DNA of 64,000 nucleotides from an uncultured SAR86 cluster bacterium (GCA_902617045.1 CACMVA010000001.1:274902-338901); one strand, 5' to 3'; positions 32,956-43,412 are shown, numbered from the stretch's first letter. The notes: generated by a model not told the origin, from the letters alone. Made by a program: numbers and translations.

Positions 32956-34461
32956 CTATAACCTTAAGTTGTAGTTTTTAACGAATTCATTCATTTCTTC
33001 CTTTGTATTTTCTGGAATTTCTTTTAATTTATTTAATGATAACTCTGCTTCTTTTTTTATACCATCTAAATTTAATGAACCATCAGATCTTAAAATTTTA
33101 ATATTTTCTTTAGCTTTTTTAACACCATCTGAATGAAAGCTATTATCAGGTATTTTTCCTTTTACTGAGCCAATAACATACTCAATAGATTCTATGAATG
33201 ATTCACTATTCTCAAAAAAAGATGCAACTAGCTTAAGATCATCAATTATTTCATTTCTTGCCTCATTGATATTTACCACCCGATTGTTTTTATTTATATT
33301 TGTATCTTTATCTCTTCCTCTATAAATAACTTTAGAATCGTTTAAATCAATTTTTTCTTTCTCATCATCTGATATCTTAGGACTTTGATCGATTAAACAA
33401 TAAATAAGAATAATATCTAAAAATTGCATTTGATGAACTGATGTACCAGTTATGTCATCAGGCAATAGATCAACACCTCTGACTTCAAGATACTCAATTC
33501 CGTATTCTTTTAAAAGATTGTATGGTCTTAAGCCATTTAAAGATGATCTTTTAGGCCTTATAGCATCATAATATTCGTTTTCTATTTGAATAATTCCATT
33601 TGAAATCTGATGGTATTCATCATTAGAATCTAACAAACCAAGTGCTTCAAAGTCCTTGTAAGGAACAGTAATTGCATCCCTTATCTTTTTTAGAAAACCT
33701 GACAGCGAGTTATATTTAATATTCAAATTTTTCTGAGCCTTACTTTGATATCCTATATCACTCATTCTTAAAGACGTTGCATCTAAAAGATACATATCTT
33801 TAGAGTTAAGTTTTTCTAGTTTATGTTCTCTATTATTAATAAAAGACTTATCAACTACATTCGTTTGACCAAATTCTAGAAGGACAAACCAAAACAATCT
33901 TTTAAAGTTTCTTATTAATCCAAGATAGGCTTCATCAATATCAACTTGGTGATTTGAATTAGTCAAAAAAGCAAGAGAATCAGGATTTATAGAAAAGTTA
34001 TAGTGCATACCAGAAACGCATTGCATGGTTGGTCCATATCTTACTTTTAGTCCTTTTCTATATACATGCTTAAGCAGGCCTATGTTGCTTTGGTGATAAA
34101 AGCCCAAATTTATATCTGATTCATCTTCAATTTGTGGAGGCATTGAAAAAGGCCATAACATCTCATTATCATCAATATTTTGTCCTACAAATACGTGAAG
34201 AGAATATAAAAAATCATAAAGATCATTAACATCTTCAAATGTGGGCGTAACTAGCTCGACCTGTGCCTCTGCGAAATCTGTAGTTATAAATTTATTTGTA
34301 AGAGCAGACCCCAAAGCTTCTGGATGAGGTTTTTTAGATATACCACCCTCTTTATCTACTCTAAAAAATTCTTTCTCTATACCTCTTTTAATAATTAGAT
34401 TTTTAAAGAAGCCTGAGTCTTTTAAATTCTCTAATCTACTTTTTAGTAATGCATTAGTCAT
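32956..34461 (-). CDS. gshA: Glutamate--cysteine ligase (E. coli GshA type)
   Basis: 501-aa ORF. The N-terminal segment [10 protein letters not shown]...[28 protein letters not shown] matches the GshA family. Confidence 0.85.
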   Translation of the reverse strand: MTNALLKSRLENLKDSGFFKNLIIKRGIEKEFFRVDKEGGISKKPHPEALGSALTNKFITTDFAEAQVELVTPTFEDVNDLYDFLYSLHVFVGQNIDDNEMLWPFSMPPQIEDESDINLGFYHQSNIGLLKHVYRKGLKVRYGPTMQCVSGMHYNFSINPDSLAFLTNSNHQVDIDEAYLGLIRNFKRLFWFVLLEFGQTNVVDKSFINNREHKLEKLNSKDMYLLDATSLRMSDIGYQSKAQKNLNIKYNSLSGFLKKIRDAITVPYKDFEALGLLDSNDEYHQISNGIIQIENEYYDAIRPKRSSLNGLRPYNLLKEYGIEYLEVRGVDLLPDDITGTSVHQMQFLDIILIYCLIDQSPKISDDEKEKIDLNDSKVIYRGRDKDTNINKNNRVVNINEARNEIIDDLKLVASFFENSESFIESIEYVIGSVKGKIPDNSFHSDGVKKAKENIKILRSDGSLNLDGIKKEAELSLNKLKEIPENTKEEMNEFVKNYNLRL

Positions 34462-36004
34462 TAAACCCTGGACCAGCTTTTACTATTTCGGGTTTTGCAT
34501 TAAATTTTTTGAAGTTTTCTTGAAATTTTGTAATTAATTCTGAAAGATATTTTTCGTACTCATCTTTATTTTTCCATGTATTAATTGGATTTAGTAATTC
34601 ACTATCTACTCCATCAACTTTTATGGGTACAGATAGATTTAATCCAGGAACAGTTGTTGTTTCAACATTATCAAGCTCACCATCCTGAATTGCGTTAACA
34701 ATTCTTCTAGTTGTGGGTATCTTAAATCTAGACCCTACTCCATAAGGCCCTCCAGTCCAACCGGTGTTTACAAGAAAAACCTTAGAATTAAAACTCTCAA
34801 TGCGTTCCATTAAAAGGTCTGCATATTCATTTGCAGGCCTCGGAAAAAACGGTGCCCCAAAACACGTTGAAAAAGTCGATTCTATATCAGATCCTGATCC
34901 CATTTCAGTTGAACCAACTTTAGCTGTATATCCACTCAAAAAATGATAGGCAGCTGCTTCTTTAGATAATAATGAGACAGGAGGGATAAGACCTGTAAGA
35001 TCACAAGTTAAAAAAATAACTGTTTTAGGCTCGCCAGCTGCATTGCTTTCAACAGCATCCTGAATGTGAGACCTTGGATAACAACATCTTCCATTTTCAG
35101 AAAGCGAAGTATTACTATAGTCAGGCGTACCATCTTCATTTATAAAAACATTCTCTATAACACTTCCATGTTTGATAGCTTTATAAATTACAGGTTCATT
35201 TTCTTCAGTTAAATTAATTGTTTTTGCATAACACCCGCCTTCAAAGTTAAAAACTGAGCCTTTGCTCCATCCATGCTCATCATCTCCTATGAGTGAACAT
35301 TTAGGATCAGCTGATAGCGTAGTTTTTCCTGTACCAGATAAACCAAAAAATAAAGCTACGTTTCCATTAGAATTTACATTTGCAGAGCAATGCATTGGCA
35401 GAACACCTTTTTCTGGAAGTAGAAAATTTTGGACGGAAAACATAGATTTTTTCATTTCACCTGCATATTTCATACCAGCAAGAATAACTTTTCTTTTTGC
35501 AAAATTTATAATCACACAACCATCAGAATTTGTTCCGTCTTCAGAGGGGTCGCAAACAAAATTAGCAGCACTTATTATCTGCCACTCTTGCTTATTGGCC
35601 GGATTATAATCATCGGTAGCTACAAAAATAAGTCTAGAAAATAAAGAATGCCACGCAGTTTCTGTTGTAACTTTAACTGGCAAATAATGCTCATCATGAG
35701 AGCCCACATGAACGTTAGAAATATATCTATTTTTTTCAGCTAGATATGTTTCAACTTTATTCCACAATGCATCAAATTTTTCTTCTTCAAAAGGCTTGTT
35801 AATTTCACCCCAATCAATAAGATTTTTTGTTCCTGCTTCTTTAACAATAAATCTGTCATTAGGGCTTCTTCCAGTTCTTTCTCCAGTAGATGTTGAAAAT
35901 GCACCATTAGAAGCAATAACACCCTCATCGTTATTTACAGCTTCTTGTATAAGCTCTTCATTGCTTAAGCTTAGAGCTTCCGAGGTATTTGGTTGGGCGT
36001 TCAT
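34454..36004 (-). CDS. pckA: Phosphoenolpyruvate carboxykinase (ATP)
   Basis: 516-aa ORF with kinase-1a motif [11 protein letters not shown] and GDDEHGW. Confidence 0.95.
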   Translation of the reverse strand: MNAQPNTSEALSLSNEELIQEAVNNDEGVIASNGAFSTSTGERTGRSPNDRFIVKEAGTKNLIDWGEINKPFEEEKFDALWNKVETYLAEKNRYISNVHVGSHDEHYLPVKVTTETAWHSLFSRLIFVATDDYNPANKQEWQIISAANFVCDPSEDGTNSDGCVIINFAKRKVILAGMKYAGEMKKSMFSVQNFLLPEKGVLPMHCSANVNSNGNVALFFGLSGTGKTTLSADPKCSLIGDDEHGWSKGSVFNFEGGCYAKTINLTEENEPVIYKAIKHGSVIENVFINEDGTPDYSNTSLSENGRCCYPRSHIQDAVESNAAGEPKTVIFLTCDLTGLIPPVSLLSKEAAAYHFLSGYTAKVGSTEMGSGSDIESTFSTCFGAPFFPRPANEYADLLMERIESFNSKVFLVNTGWTGGPYGVGSRFKIPTTRRIVNAIQDGELDNVETTTVPGLNLSVPIKVDGVDSELLNPINTWKNKDEYEKYLSELITKFQENFKKFNAKPEIVKAGPGFND

Positions 36005-36013
36005 ATTACTAAC

Positions 36014-36081
36014 AAATATTATAGGTACTTGGGGGGAATAATTATATATGTTGAGGTGATAATTATGTACCTATAATATTT
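36014..36081. repeat. Perfect 15-bp inverted repeat (AAATATTATAGGTAC / GTACCTATAATATTT) with a 38-nt spacer
   Basis: Arms are at 36014-36028 and 36067-36081. The spacer contains G6, two copies of the palindrome ATAATTAT, and GAGGTGAT. The proximal arm ends 9 nt upstream of the pckA ATG. Confidence 0.85.
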
Positions 36082-36183
36082 TATTCGTTAGCAATATTTC
36101 GAATTATTATGTAGTGTATTAAAAAATTAAAGCATTATTAAGTCAATAATCTATAAATTTGTTATATTAAAGGGGTTTAGAAA

Positions 36184-36208
36184 GATAAAAAGATGTAGTT
36201 ATGCTACA
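36184..36208 (-). terminator. Weak intrinsic terminator candidate after dsbB
   Basis: On the minus strand: TGTAG-cataa-CTACA hairpin followed by TCTTTTTAT. Confidence 0.3.
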
Positions 36209-36211
36209 AAG

Positions 36212-36730
36212 TTAGGCTAATTTAATCAAACCTCTATACTTAAAAATTGTAGCAATTAGGTAAGTCGCAAAAAATATAAAGCCATACTCTGCAAAGTTAA
36301 AAATAAATCTCCACCCATCCTCAGCACAACTTGGACCGCCGGCAAGCGTTCTATTTATAGCTTCAATAAGTCCAAAATAATCTACTTGAGCATGAAAAGG
36401 CATTCCACAACCTGATAGGTTGACCAATTCATCCAAAGACATGCTTTGAATATATATCTGTCTTGAGGTTACGAATAATCCAATCAAAGAAGAAATTGTA
36501 ATTAATATAGCACTTATAAACTGCTTATTAATTAAATATCCTAGCAACCCAGAAATTGACACTAATCCAAAAACATATCTAGTAAGTATACATAAGGGAC
36601 AGGCCTGTAAATACATAACCTGATCCATTATTATCGCTGCAAAAATTATTGCTAAAGCAGAAAACATAACCGACAGTTCAAAATAGTTTTGGAAAATATT
36701 TTTAACAATTGCTGATATTTTGTTGTACAT
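36212..36730 (-). CDS. dsbB: Disulfide bond formation protein DsbB
   Basis: 172-aa 4-TM ORF with a CPLC pair in loop 1 and a second Cys pair in loop 2. Confidence 0.8.
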   Translation of the reverse strand: MYNKISAIVKNIFQNYFELSVMFSALAIIFAAIIMDQVMYLQACPLCILTRYVFGLVSISGLLGYLINKQFISAILITISSLIGLFVTSRQIYIQSMSLDELVNLSGCGMPFHAQVDYFGLIEAINRTLAGGPSCAEDGWRFIFNFAEYGFIFFATYLIATIFKYRGLIKLA

Positions 36731-36793
36731 TTTTCTTTAATTTTTTCCATTATAGAAAAACAAGAGTCATAATACATTATATAAAAGCTAAAC

Positions 36794-39466
36794 ATGAAAA
36801 ATAGAATTTTTATCATAGATGGATCGTCTTATTTATATAGAGCTTTTCATGCTATGCCACCACTTAGCACTTCAAAAGGACAGCCAACTGGGGCAGTAAA
36901 AGGCGTTACAAATATGCTTCTGAATTTAAAAAAAGACAGTGAGGGTTCACCTATCATTGTTGTATTTGATGCAAAAGGAAAAACTTTTAGAAACGAAATT
37001 TATTCGGAGTACAAAGCAAACAGACCCCCTATGCCTGATGAACTTAGATTGCAATTAGATCCAGTCAAATCAATTTGTAGAGCTATAGGATTCCCACTTA
37101 TAGAAATCGAAGGCGTTGAAGCGGATGATGTTATAGCAACAATAACCAGAATGGCGAAAGATGCTAAATATAAATGTGTTGTTTCATCCTTAGATAAAGA
37201 TTTAATGCAACTTGTTGAAGACCCAGATACAACTTTAATGAATACTATGAAGCATGAAATTTTCAATGAGGAAAAGGTATTTGAAAAGTTTGGTGTAAAA
37301 CCTAATCAAATAAGAGACATGCTAGCTCTTGTTGGTGATTCATCAGATAACATCCCAGGTGTTCCAAAAGTAGGTCAAAAAACTGCTGCAAAGTGGCTTA
37401 ACGAATATAGCAACTTGGATGGAGTTATAAAAAATGCTGACTTGATAAAAGGAGTTGTTGGAGATAATTTAAGAAATAGCTTAAGTGAACTTCAAAGAAA
37501 TGTTGAACTCGTTTCCTTAAAGGAAGATGTTGATTTAAATGTAAAGTTTGAAGATCTTTTAAAACTAAATCCAAACCAAGAGGAGCTAGATAAAATTTTT
37601 AAAGATTTAGAATTTGCACCAATAAACAAAGATAAAGATGAACAGACTCCTAAAAAAAATGGAAAATATCAAACAGTCCTTAGCAAAAAAGATCTAAATT
37701 CCTGGATTAACAAAATAAAGAAATCAAAAACCTTTGCAATAGATACTGAAACAGATTCTGTCCAAACTGTTTCTGCTAACATGATAGGGATATCTCTCTC
37801 AGTAGCAGAAAACGAAGGTTGTTATATTCCAATTGGACATGATTATGAAGGTTGCCCAGAACAATTATCTATGGATGAGGTGATTACAGCCCTTGGCCCT
37901 GTTATAGAAGAAAATCAAGATAAGATTGTTGGACAGAATCTAAAATTTGATATCCCAATATTATCAAGACACGGTATTAACATAACAAAGTTTTTGGCAG
38001 ACACAATGTTAATGTCATATGTATTAAATAGCACAGCCACAAGACATGGTATGGATAGACTCGCTGATTATTATTTAAACTATACAACTACAAAATACAC
38101 CGATGTAACTGGAACTGCCTCCAAACAAATAAGTTTTGCCCAAGTTAAATTAGATGTAGCCACTGATTATGCTGCTGAGGATGCAGATATTACATTAAGA
38201 CTATATAACGTGTTATCTCCATTGCTAAAAGAAAAGCCCATTCAGGAAAAGTTACTCGAGGATCTTGAATATCCCCTTGTTCATGTTTTATCAAGAGTTG
38301 AACAAAATGGTGCAAAGATTGATAAGAAAAAATTAGCTAACCACTCTAAGGAGTTGAGTGAAAAGATTGACGAATTATCTTCTGCAGCCTTTAAGATTGC
38401 TGGTGAAGAATTTAATTTAGATTCTCCAAAGCAACTTCTAGAAATACTATATGAAAAATTAGGATTACCTGTGCTAAAAAAAACACCCAAAGGTCAACCA
38501 TCTACAAATGAGGACACACTTCAAAGATTATCTGAAGAATATGAATTGCCAAAAATTATTCTGCAATATAGGACGCTAGCAAAATTAAAGTCTACTTATA
38601 CAGATAGTTTAATAAATATTGAAAATCCTAAGACAAAAAGAATTCATACATCATATCAACAAGCCGTAACTTCAACTGGCAGGCTGTCATCTACTGAACC
38701 AAATTTACAAAATATACCTATAAAAACTGCTGAAGGCAGAAGAATTAGAGAGGCTTTTGTTCCTGAGAAAGGCAATATATTAATATCTGCAGATTACTCT
38801 CAAATAGAACTTAGGATAATGGCTCACCTATCAGATGATAAAAATTTAACTAATGCATTTAATAATGATATTGACGTTCACTCTTCAACAGCGGCTGAGG
38901 TTTTTGGAGTTTCAATTGAAGATGTTTCTCAAGATCAAAGAAGAAGCGCTAAAGCAATTAATTTTGGGTTAATGTATGGAATGTCTGCTTTTGGATTAAC
39001 AAGACAACTTGGAATTCCAAGAGGCGAAGCACAAGAATATTTAGATACATACTTTGCGAGATATACAGGTGTTCGGGATTATATGGACAATATAAAAGCA
39101 AAAGCAAAGGAAGATAAGTTTGTTGAAACGATTATGGGTAGACGACTTTATTTAAATGAAATCAACGCAGCAAATGGTTTAAGAAGACAAGCAGCGGAAA
39201 GGGCTGCCATCAACGCTCCACTTCAAGGATCAGCAGCAGATATTATTAAGAAGGCTATGCTCGACATCGATCTGCTTTTACTAAATGAAATGCAAGAAGT
39301 AAAAATGATTATGCAGGTTCACGATGAATTAGTTTTTGAGTGTCCAAAAGATAACGCTGATATGGTCATGCAAAAAATGAAAGATACTATGGAGAAAACT
39401 GTTAAATTAAATATTCCTCTAATAGCTGAAGCTGCTATCGGCTATAACTGGAATGAAGCTCATTAA
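36794..39466 (+). CDS. polA: DNA polymerase I
   Basis: 890-aa ORF with 5'-nuclease, 3'-5' exonuclease and polymerase domains. Motifs DYSQIELRIMAH and QVHDELVFE. Confidence 0.95.
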   Translation: MKNRIFIIDGSSYLYRAFHAMPPLSTSKGQPTGAVKGVTNMLLNLKKDSEGSPIIVVFDAKGKTFRNEIYSEYKANRPPMPDELRLQLDPVKSICRAIGFPLIEIEGVEADDVIATITRMAKDAKYKCVVSSLDKDLMQLVEDPDTTLMNTMKHEIFNEEKVFEKFGVKPNQIRDMLALVGDSSDNIPGVPKVGQKTAAKWLNEYSNLDGVIKNADLIKGVVGDNLRNSLSELQRNVELVSLKEDVDLNVKFEDLLKLNPNQEELDKIFKDLEFAPINKDKDEQTPKKNGKYQTVLSKKDLNSWINKIKKSKTFAIDTETDSVQTVSANMIGISLSVAENEGCYIPIGHDYEGCPEQLSMDEVITALGPVIEENQDKIVGQNLKFDIPILSRHGINITKFLADTMLMSYVLNSTATRHGMDRLADYYLNYTTTKYTDVTGTASKQISFAQVKLDVATDYAAEDADITLRLYNVLSPLLKEKPIQEKLLEDLEYPLVHVLSRVEQNGAKIDKKKLANHSKELSEKIDELSSAAFKIAGEEFNLDSPKQLLEILYEKLGLPVLKKTPKGQPSTNEDTLQRLSEEYELPKIILQYRTLAKLKSTYTDSLINIENPKTKRIHTSYQQAVTSTGRLSSTEPNLQNIPIKTAEGRRIREAFVPEKGNILISADYSQIELRIMAHLSDDKNLTNAFNNDIDVHSSTAAEVFGVSIEDVSQDQRRSAKAINFGLMYGMSAFGLTRQLGIPRGEAQEYLDTYFARYTGVRDYMDNIKAKAKEDKFVETIMGRRLYLNEINAANGLRRQAAERAAINAPLQGSAADIIKKAMLDIDLLLLNEMQEVKMIMQVHDELVFECPKDNADMVMQKMKDTMEKTVKLNIPLIAEAAIGYNWNEAH

Positions 39467-39475
39467 CCTGATATA

Positions 39476-40381
39476 TCACTTAATACTATCAATGAATTCC
39501 TGAGCAACCTCTCTTTCTATACCAGATGCAAAAAAATGACCACCAGAATATTTCTTAACTATTGGACTTTGATATTTTTTAATTGTTTCTTCAACCAGCT
39601 TAGAATCTATTTCAGTATCATCTTCTGCATATGCAAAATAACTTGGTATAGACTTATTTCCGATAATACTATGATCTTCAAGCCTATTTCCTGTGGCATT
39701 GCCTAAAAAGAATTTTTTAAAAAATTTTTCAGTTCCTTTCACATTAAATTGTCCAATGTAATGATCTAGGAGTTTTTTACTCATTAAATCTTCATATTCT
39801 TCTATTCTTTTTAAAACACCAGGAACTAAAAATCCTCTTATTAATAAGTCACCATATAAAGGAATCTTTACTATTGATAGTAGTGGTATATTTGCAGAAT
39901 TAATAAGTGGAACTTGGTAACCAACGAAACTAATGTTTTCTGGATTATTTGCAGAATATTTAGCTACAACTGCAGCACCAAAAGAGACACCATATAATAT
40001 TACATCTTCAACTTTACAATGCTCAATTAGCTCTTTGAGTTGTCTTTCCATAAGCTCAATGCTTACGTTACTATTTATTCTATCTGAATAACCTCTACCA
40101 TATTGATCATAGGTTATTACTCTATAATTATTTTTAATAAAGACATTTACATATTCCTCATATGCCAGTGATCCAAAAGTGGCACCATGAACCAAAACAA
40201 TAACTTTGTTATTTTTATCTCCAATGTCTTTATAAGAGGTTATACCATCACTTAACCTAACTTCTTCATATCCAGAGTTTAATCTAAATTCATTTATATC
40301 AATGTTTTCTCTATCAAGAGCGAGATACAAGCAAACTGGAATAAGAATAAATATTGATAAAAGAAAAAAAATTCGTTTCAA
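39476..40381 (-). CDS. Secreted or membrane-anchored alpha/beta-fold hydrolase
   Basis: 301-aa ORF with an N-terminal hydrophobic signal or anchor, oxyanion LVHGAT, nucleophile elbow GVSFG and a C-terminal GGHF. Confidence 0.75.
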   Translation of the reverse strand: MKRIFFLLSIFILIPVCLYLALDRENIDINEFRLNSGYEEVRLSDGITSYKDIGDKNNKVIVLVHGATFGSLAYEEYVNVFIKNNYRVITYDQYGRGYSDRINSNVSIELMERQLKELIEHCKVEDVILYGVSFGAAVVAKYSANNPENISFVGYQVPLINSANIPLLSIVKIPLYGDLLIRGFLVPGVLKRIEEYEDLMSKKLLDHYIGQFNVKGTEKFFKKFFLGNATGNRLEDHSIIGNKSIPSYFAYAEDDTEIDSKLVEETIKKYQSPIVKKYSGGHFFASGIEREVAQEFIDSIK

Positions 40382-40885
40382 TTAATTAGCTCTTTCTAAT
40401 GGAATGTAATTCATTTCTTCAGGAAGAAGAACTTTGATACCATGCATTTCTCTTAGATCTGAAACTTTCATTGAAAGATACTCCTCGGGCATTTTAAATG
40501 GCCATTTTTTTTTCATCTTAAAGGCTCTAAACATCACCTTTCTTTTAATCCCACCGAGCTTCCAAATAATTTTAATTATTCCAAAATATCCTATTTCTTT
40601 TATTAAGTCTTTATATAGTTGCTTTATCTGTGGGAGCTTTTGATAGCCTAATATATATTTCAGTTCCCATTTACTGCCCCATAATACCCAGGTATCAAGA
40701 ATAGACTCTTGCTCTAGAGATATATCCAGCCCAAAAATTACATGAGTACAGTCATGATCTCTTAGAAGAGTTCCAGAATCCTTATTATCTTCAAATATTT
40801 CTTTAGTATCAGGGAAAGAATTGTAGTAACACTCTAGAGCTTCTTGCAAAGTAAGGTCACAGTTTTGATTTTGATAATCTAACAT
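40382..40885 (-). CDS. Hypothetical protein with Coq4-like HDxxH-(x11)-E motif
   Basis: 167-aa ORF. HDCTHVIFGLDISLEQE has the same spacing as the Coq4 family HDxxHxxxG-x7-E zinc motif, but the protein is only about two-thirds of Coq4 length. Confidence 0.4.
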   Translation of the reverse strand: MLDYQNQNCDLTLQEALECYYNSFPDTKEIFEDNKDSGTLLRDHDCTHVIFGLDISLEQESILDTWVLWGSKWELKYILGYQKLPQIKQLYKDLIKEIGYFGIIKIIWKLGGIKRKVMFRAFKMKKKWPFKMPEEYLSMKVSDLREMHGIKVLLPEEMNYIPLERAN

Positions 40886-41466
40886 TATGGAATAAATTTT
40901 AATATTTCAGCAGAAAATTTGTCAAAACCTGTTCCATTTTGAGACGAAATAGCCAAAGCATCTACTTCGTGGATTTTAGTTTTAACATTTTTAATAGTAG
41001 TTGCAATTTTATTGTTTGATAATTTATCGCTTTTTGTAAGAACTGGTAGAAAAGGAACGTTGAAATCTCTGCAAAGCTGAATCATGTCCCAGTCGCTTTC
41101 TTTCAGAGGATGACGAATGTCCATAAATATAATGACTGCGGTGAGAGCTTGTCGTTTTTGAAAGTATTGTCCCAACAATGGTCCCCAGTCTTGTTTTTTT
41201 GCTTTACTAGACTTTGCAAATCCATATCCAGGTAAATCCAAAAGCTTCAAATTTTCATTTACTTTAAAGAAATTAATTTCTGTTGTTCTACCGGGAGTCT
41301 TACTAATTCTTGCTAGTTTTTTATTATCAGTTAGAACATTCAATGCACTAGATTTTCCAGCATTCGATCTTCCTGCTAGCAAAATTTCATACCCAATATC
41401 TTCAGGTAGATTTTTATAGCTTGTTACACCAAAAACAAACTCTGTTTTTTTAAAAAGGTTTTTCAT
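40885..41466 (-). CDS. engB: Ribosome biogenesis GTP-binding protein EngB (YihA)
   Basis: 193-aa ORF with G1 GRSNAGKSS, G3 DLPGYG and G4 TKSD. Confidence 0.9.
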   Translation of the reverse strand: MKNLFKKTEFVFGVTSYKNLPEDIGYEILLAGRSNAGKSSALNVLTDNKKLARISKTPGRTTEINFFKVNENLKLLDLPGYGFAKSSKAKKQDWGPLLGQYFQKRQALTAVIIFMDIRHPLKESDWDMIQLCRDFNVPFLPVLTKSDKLSNNKIATTIKNVKTKIHEVDALAISSQNGTGFDKFSAEILKFIP

Positions 41467-41534
41467 TTAATCGTTTATATCATATCAACCTATGTTTATA
41501 ATACACATCAACAAGACACACATTTATATATTCA

Positions 41535-42200
41535 ATGAAGTATTCATTACTATATTTTATTTTTTTTGTCCTCTCAGTTGATGTAAATGCTGCTGATGAT
41601 AAATCTAAAGAAATGGAATTGCCAGAAACTTTTATTTCTGGAGACGCAAGCGTGGGAGCTCAATTAGTAGACTCATGTGCTGCATGTCATGGCGTTGATG
41701 GAAATAGTATTAGTACCGATTGGCCCAAGCTTTCAGGACAGAATCAAAGATATCTTTATGAGCAACTTAAATACTTTAGAGACGGAGCAAGAATGAATGC
41801 TTTAATGATGTCAGTTACACCATACCTGCAAACATTAAGCGATGATGATTTAAAACATATCGCTGCTTTTTATTCTCAATATAACAGCACAACTGGACAG
41901 GCCAAAAATGATGAAGAGCTTTTGGCATTAGGAACGCAATTATATAGGTTTGGAAATATTAAAAAACAAATCCCAGCATGCACATCATGTCATGCAGTAT
42001 ATGGTCAGGGTAATAGTTTGGCAGGCTACCCTTCAGTAGCTGGGCAACAGGTCGGTTATTTAACTTCTACACTTAAGGCATATCGATCAAAAGAAAGAAA
42101 TAGCGGAGAATCCTCATTAGTGATGCAATCTATTGCAGCAAATCTTACAGATTACGAAATAGATGCGTTAGCAAATTATATGCATGGACTTTATCAATGA
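41535..42200 (+). CDS. Diheme cytochrome c4
   Basis: 221-aa ORF with a signal peptide and two CxxCH motifs (CAACH, CTSCH). Sits in the engB / c4 / dsbA arrangement seen in Pseudomonas. Confidence 0.85.
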   Translation: MKYSLLYFIFFVLSVDVNAADDKSKEMELPETFISGDASVGAQLVDSCAACHGVDGNSISTDWPKLSGQNQRYLYEQLKYFRDGARMNALMMSVTPYLQTLSDDDLKHIAAFYSQYNSTTGQAKNDEELLALGTQLYRFGNIKKQIPACTSCHAVYGQGNSLAGYPSVAGQQVGYLTSTLKAYRSKERNSGESSLVMQSIAANLTDYEIDALANYMHGLYQ

Positions 42201-42817
42201 AAGAAAAATTAATAAAAATATTTACAATTTTAGTTTTTACAATTTCAACACTTGCAGAAGCTGAATATAGGTTAGGAGTTGATTATAGGATTGCTGATAA
42301 TCCACTTCCTGTAAAAAAAGATGGAGTGGTCGAGGTTATGGAAACCTTTTGGTATGGATGCAATGCTTGTTATCAGTTTGATCCAGTTATAAACAAGTGG
42401 GCTGCAAGTCAAGGAGAAGATATAAAGTTTACAAAAGTACCTGTTACATGGAGCAAAATTCATCAAGAACACGCCAAGTTGTATTACGCCGTTGAGGCGC
42501 TTAAGTTGGATCCTTCAACGCATTCAGCAGTTTTTGTAACAATGCACAAAGAAGGTAATTTCTTGCCAAATACGAAGGCTATTCAAGAGTTTTTAGAAAA
42601 ATTTGGAGTAGCACCAGAGGTTTCAATTAAATATCTAAATTCTTTCACTGTAAAACAGCAGGTAAGCAGAGCATCCAAACAAGCCAGACAGTTAAGAGTA
42701 TCCTCAACACCTATGATGATAGTTGATGGTAAATATATTATTGAATCTAGAGGTTCATATGAGAAGATAATGAAAGTCGTTGATCATGTTGTAGAACTTC
42801 AAAGGCCTAATTCTTAA
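42197..42817 (+). CDS. dsbA: Thiol:disulfide interchange protein DsbA
   Basis: 206-aa ORF with a signal peptide and active site WYGCNACYQF. Confidence 0.85.
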   Translation: MKEKLIKIFTILVFTISTLAEAEYRLGVDYRIADNPLPVKKDGVVEVMETFWYGCNACYQFDPVINKWAASQGEDIKFTKVPVTWSKIHQEHAKLYYAVEALKLDPSTHSAVFVTMHKEGNFLPNTKAIQEFLEKFGVAPEVSIKYLNSFTVKQQVSRASKQARQLRVSSTPMMIVDGKYIIESRGSYEKIMKVVDHVVELQRPNS

Positions 42818-42824
42818 AAATGAC

Positions 42825-43412
42825 ATGAAATATAGTAAATTATTATTAGTTACATTATGTTTTTTCTTTCTATTTAATGGAAAGAAATATGAGCAAGCTG
42901 TTATTGATAGATTATCTGTACCGGTGAAAGTTTGTCTAGAGGGGCAAGATTGTGGAAGTGCAGCACAAGCATCTCAGTCAGTTGCAGCTGTCGCCTCTGC
43001 GGAAGTTAAGAAAGTAGAGTTATCAGAAGGATCAGAACATACAGTAAAAATGTTAAATTCTGGTGAAGGTGGACAAATGATTTTTGAACCAGCTGTTTTA
43101 AAAGTGTCTGTAGGTGACACAATTCATTTCAAAGCATCGGACATGTCTCATAATTCTGCAAGCATAGATGGAATGTTGCCAGATGGAGCAGAGTCTTGGT
43201 CTGGTCAAATGAATATGGATATAAGTGTTACTCTAGATACTGAAGGTGTATATGTCTATCAATGTGATCCACACGTAATGATGGCAATGATTGGTGTTAT
43301 CCAAGTTGGTGAGGCAGTAAATATGAGTGAAATTAAAACTGCATCAAATAGCCTTAAAACATCCTTTGTTATGAATGCTGAAAGAATTGATACATATTTA
43401 AATCAGCTTTAA
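42825..43412 (+). CDS. Pseudoazurin-type blue copper protein with N-terminal extension
   Basis: The C-terminal ~120 aa align with pseudoazurins (MLNSGEGGQMIFEPA..GDTIHF..SHN..PDGAE..GVYVYQCDPHVMMAM). The Cu ligands His, Cys, His and Met are present. Confidence 0.8.
   Translation: MKYSKLLLVTLCFFFLFNGKKYEQAVIDRLSVPVKVCLEGQDCGSAAQASQSVAAVASAEVKKVELSEGSEHTVKMLNSGEGGQMIFEPAVLKVSVGDTIHFKASDMSHNSASIDGMLPDGAESWSGQMNMDISVTLDTEGVYVYQCDPHVMMAMIGVIQVGEAVNMSEIKTASNSLKTSFVMNAERIDTYLNQL

Noticed and set aside
35262-36041. Several 60-115-aa plus-strand ORFs, and one same-strand alternative-frame ORF, inside pckA
   Set aside because: pckA is unambiguous (kinase motifs, full length). The others are frame shadows.
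36041-36078. Plus-strand mini-ORFs (ATG TTG AGG TGA; ATG TAC CTA TAA) behind SD-like sequences in the pckA upstream region, as real coding genes
   Set aside because: They are 3 codons each, and no plus-strand gene follows (dsbB is on the minus strand). They are retained only as part of the inverted-repeat observation, not as CDS calls.
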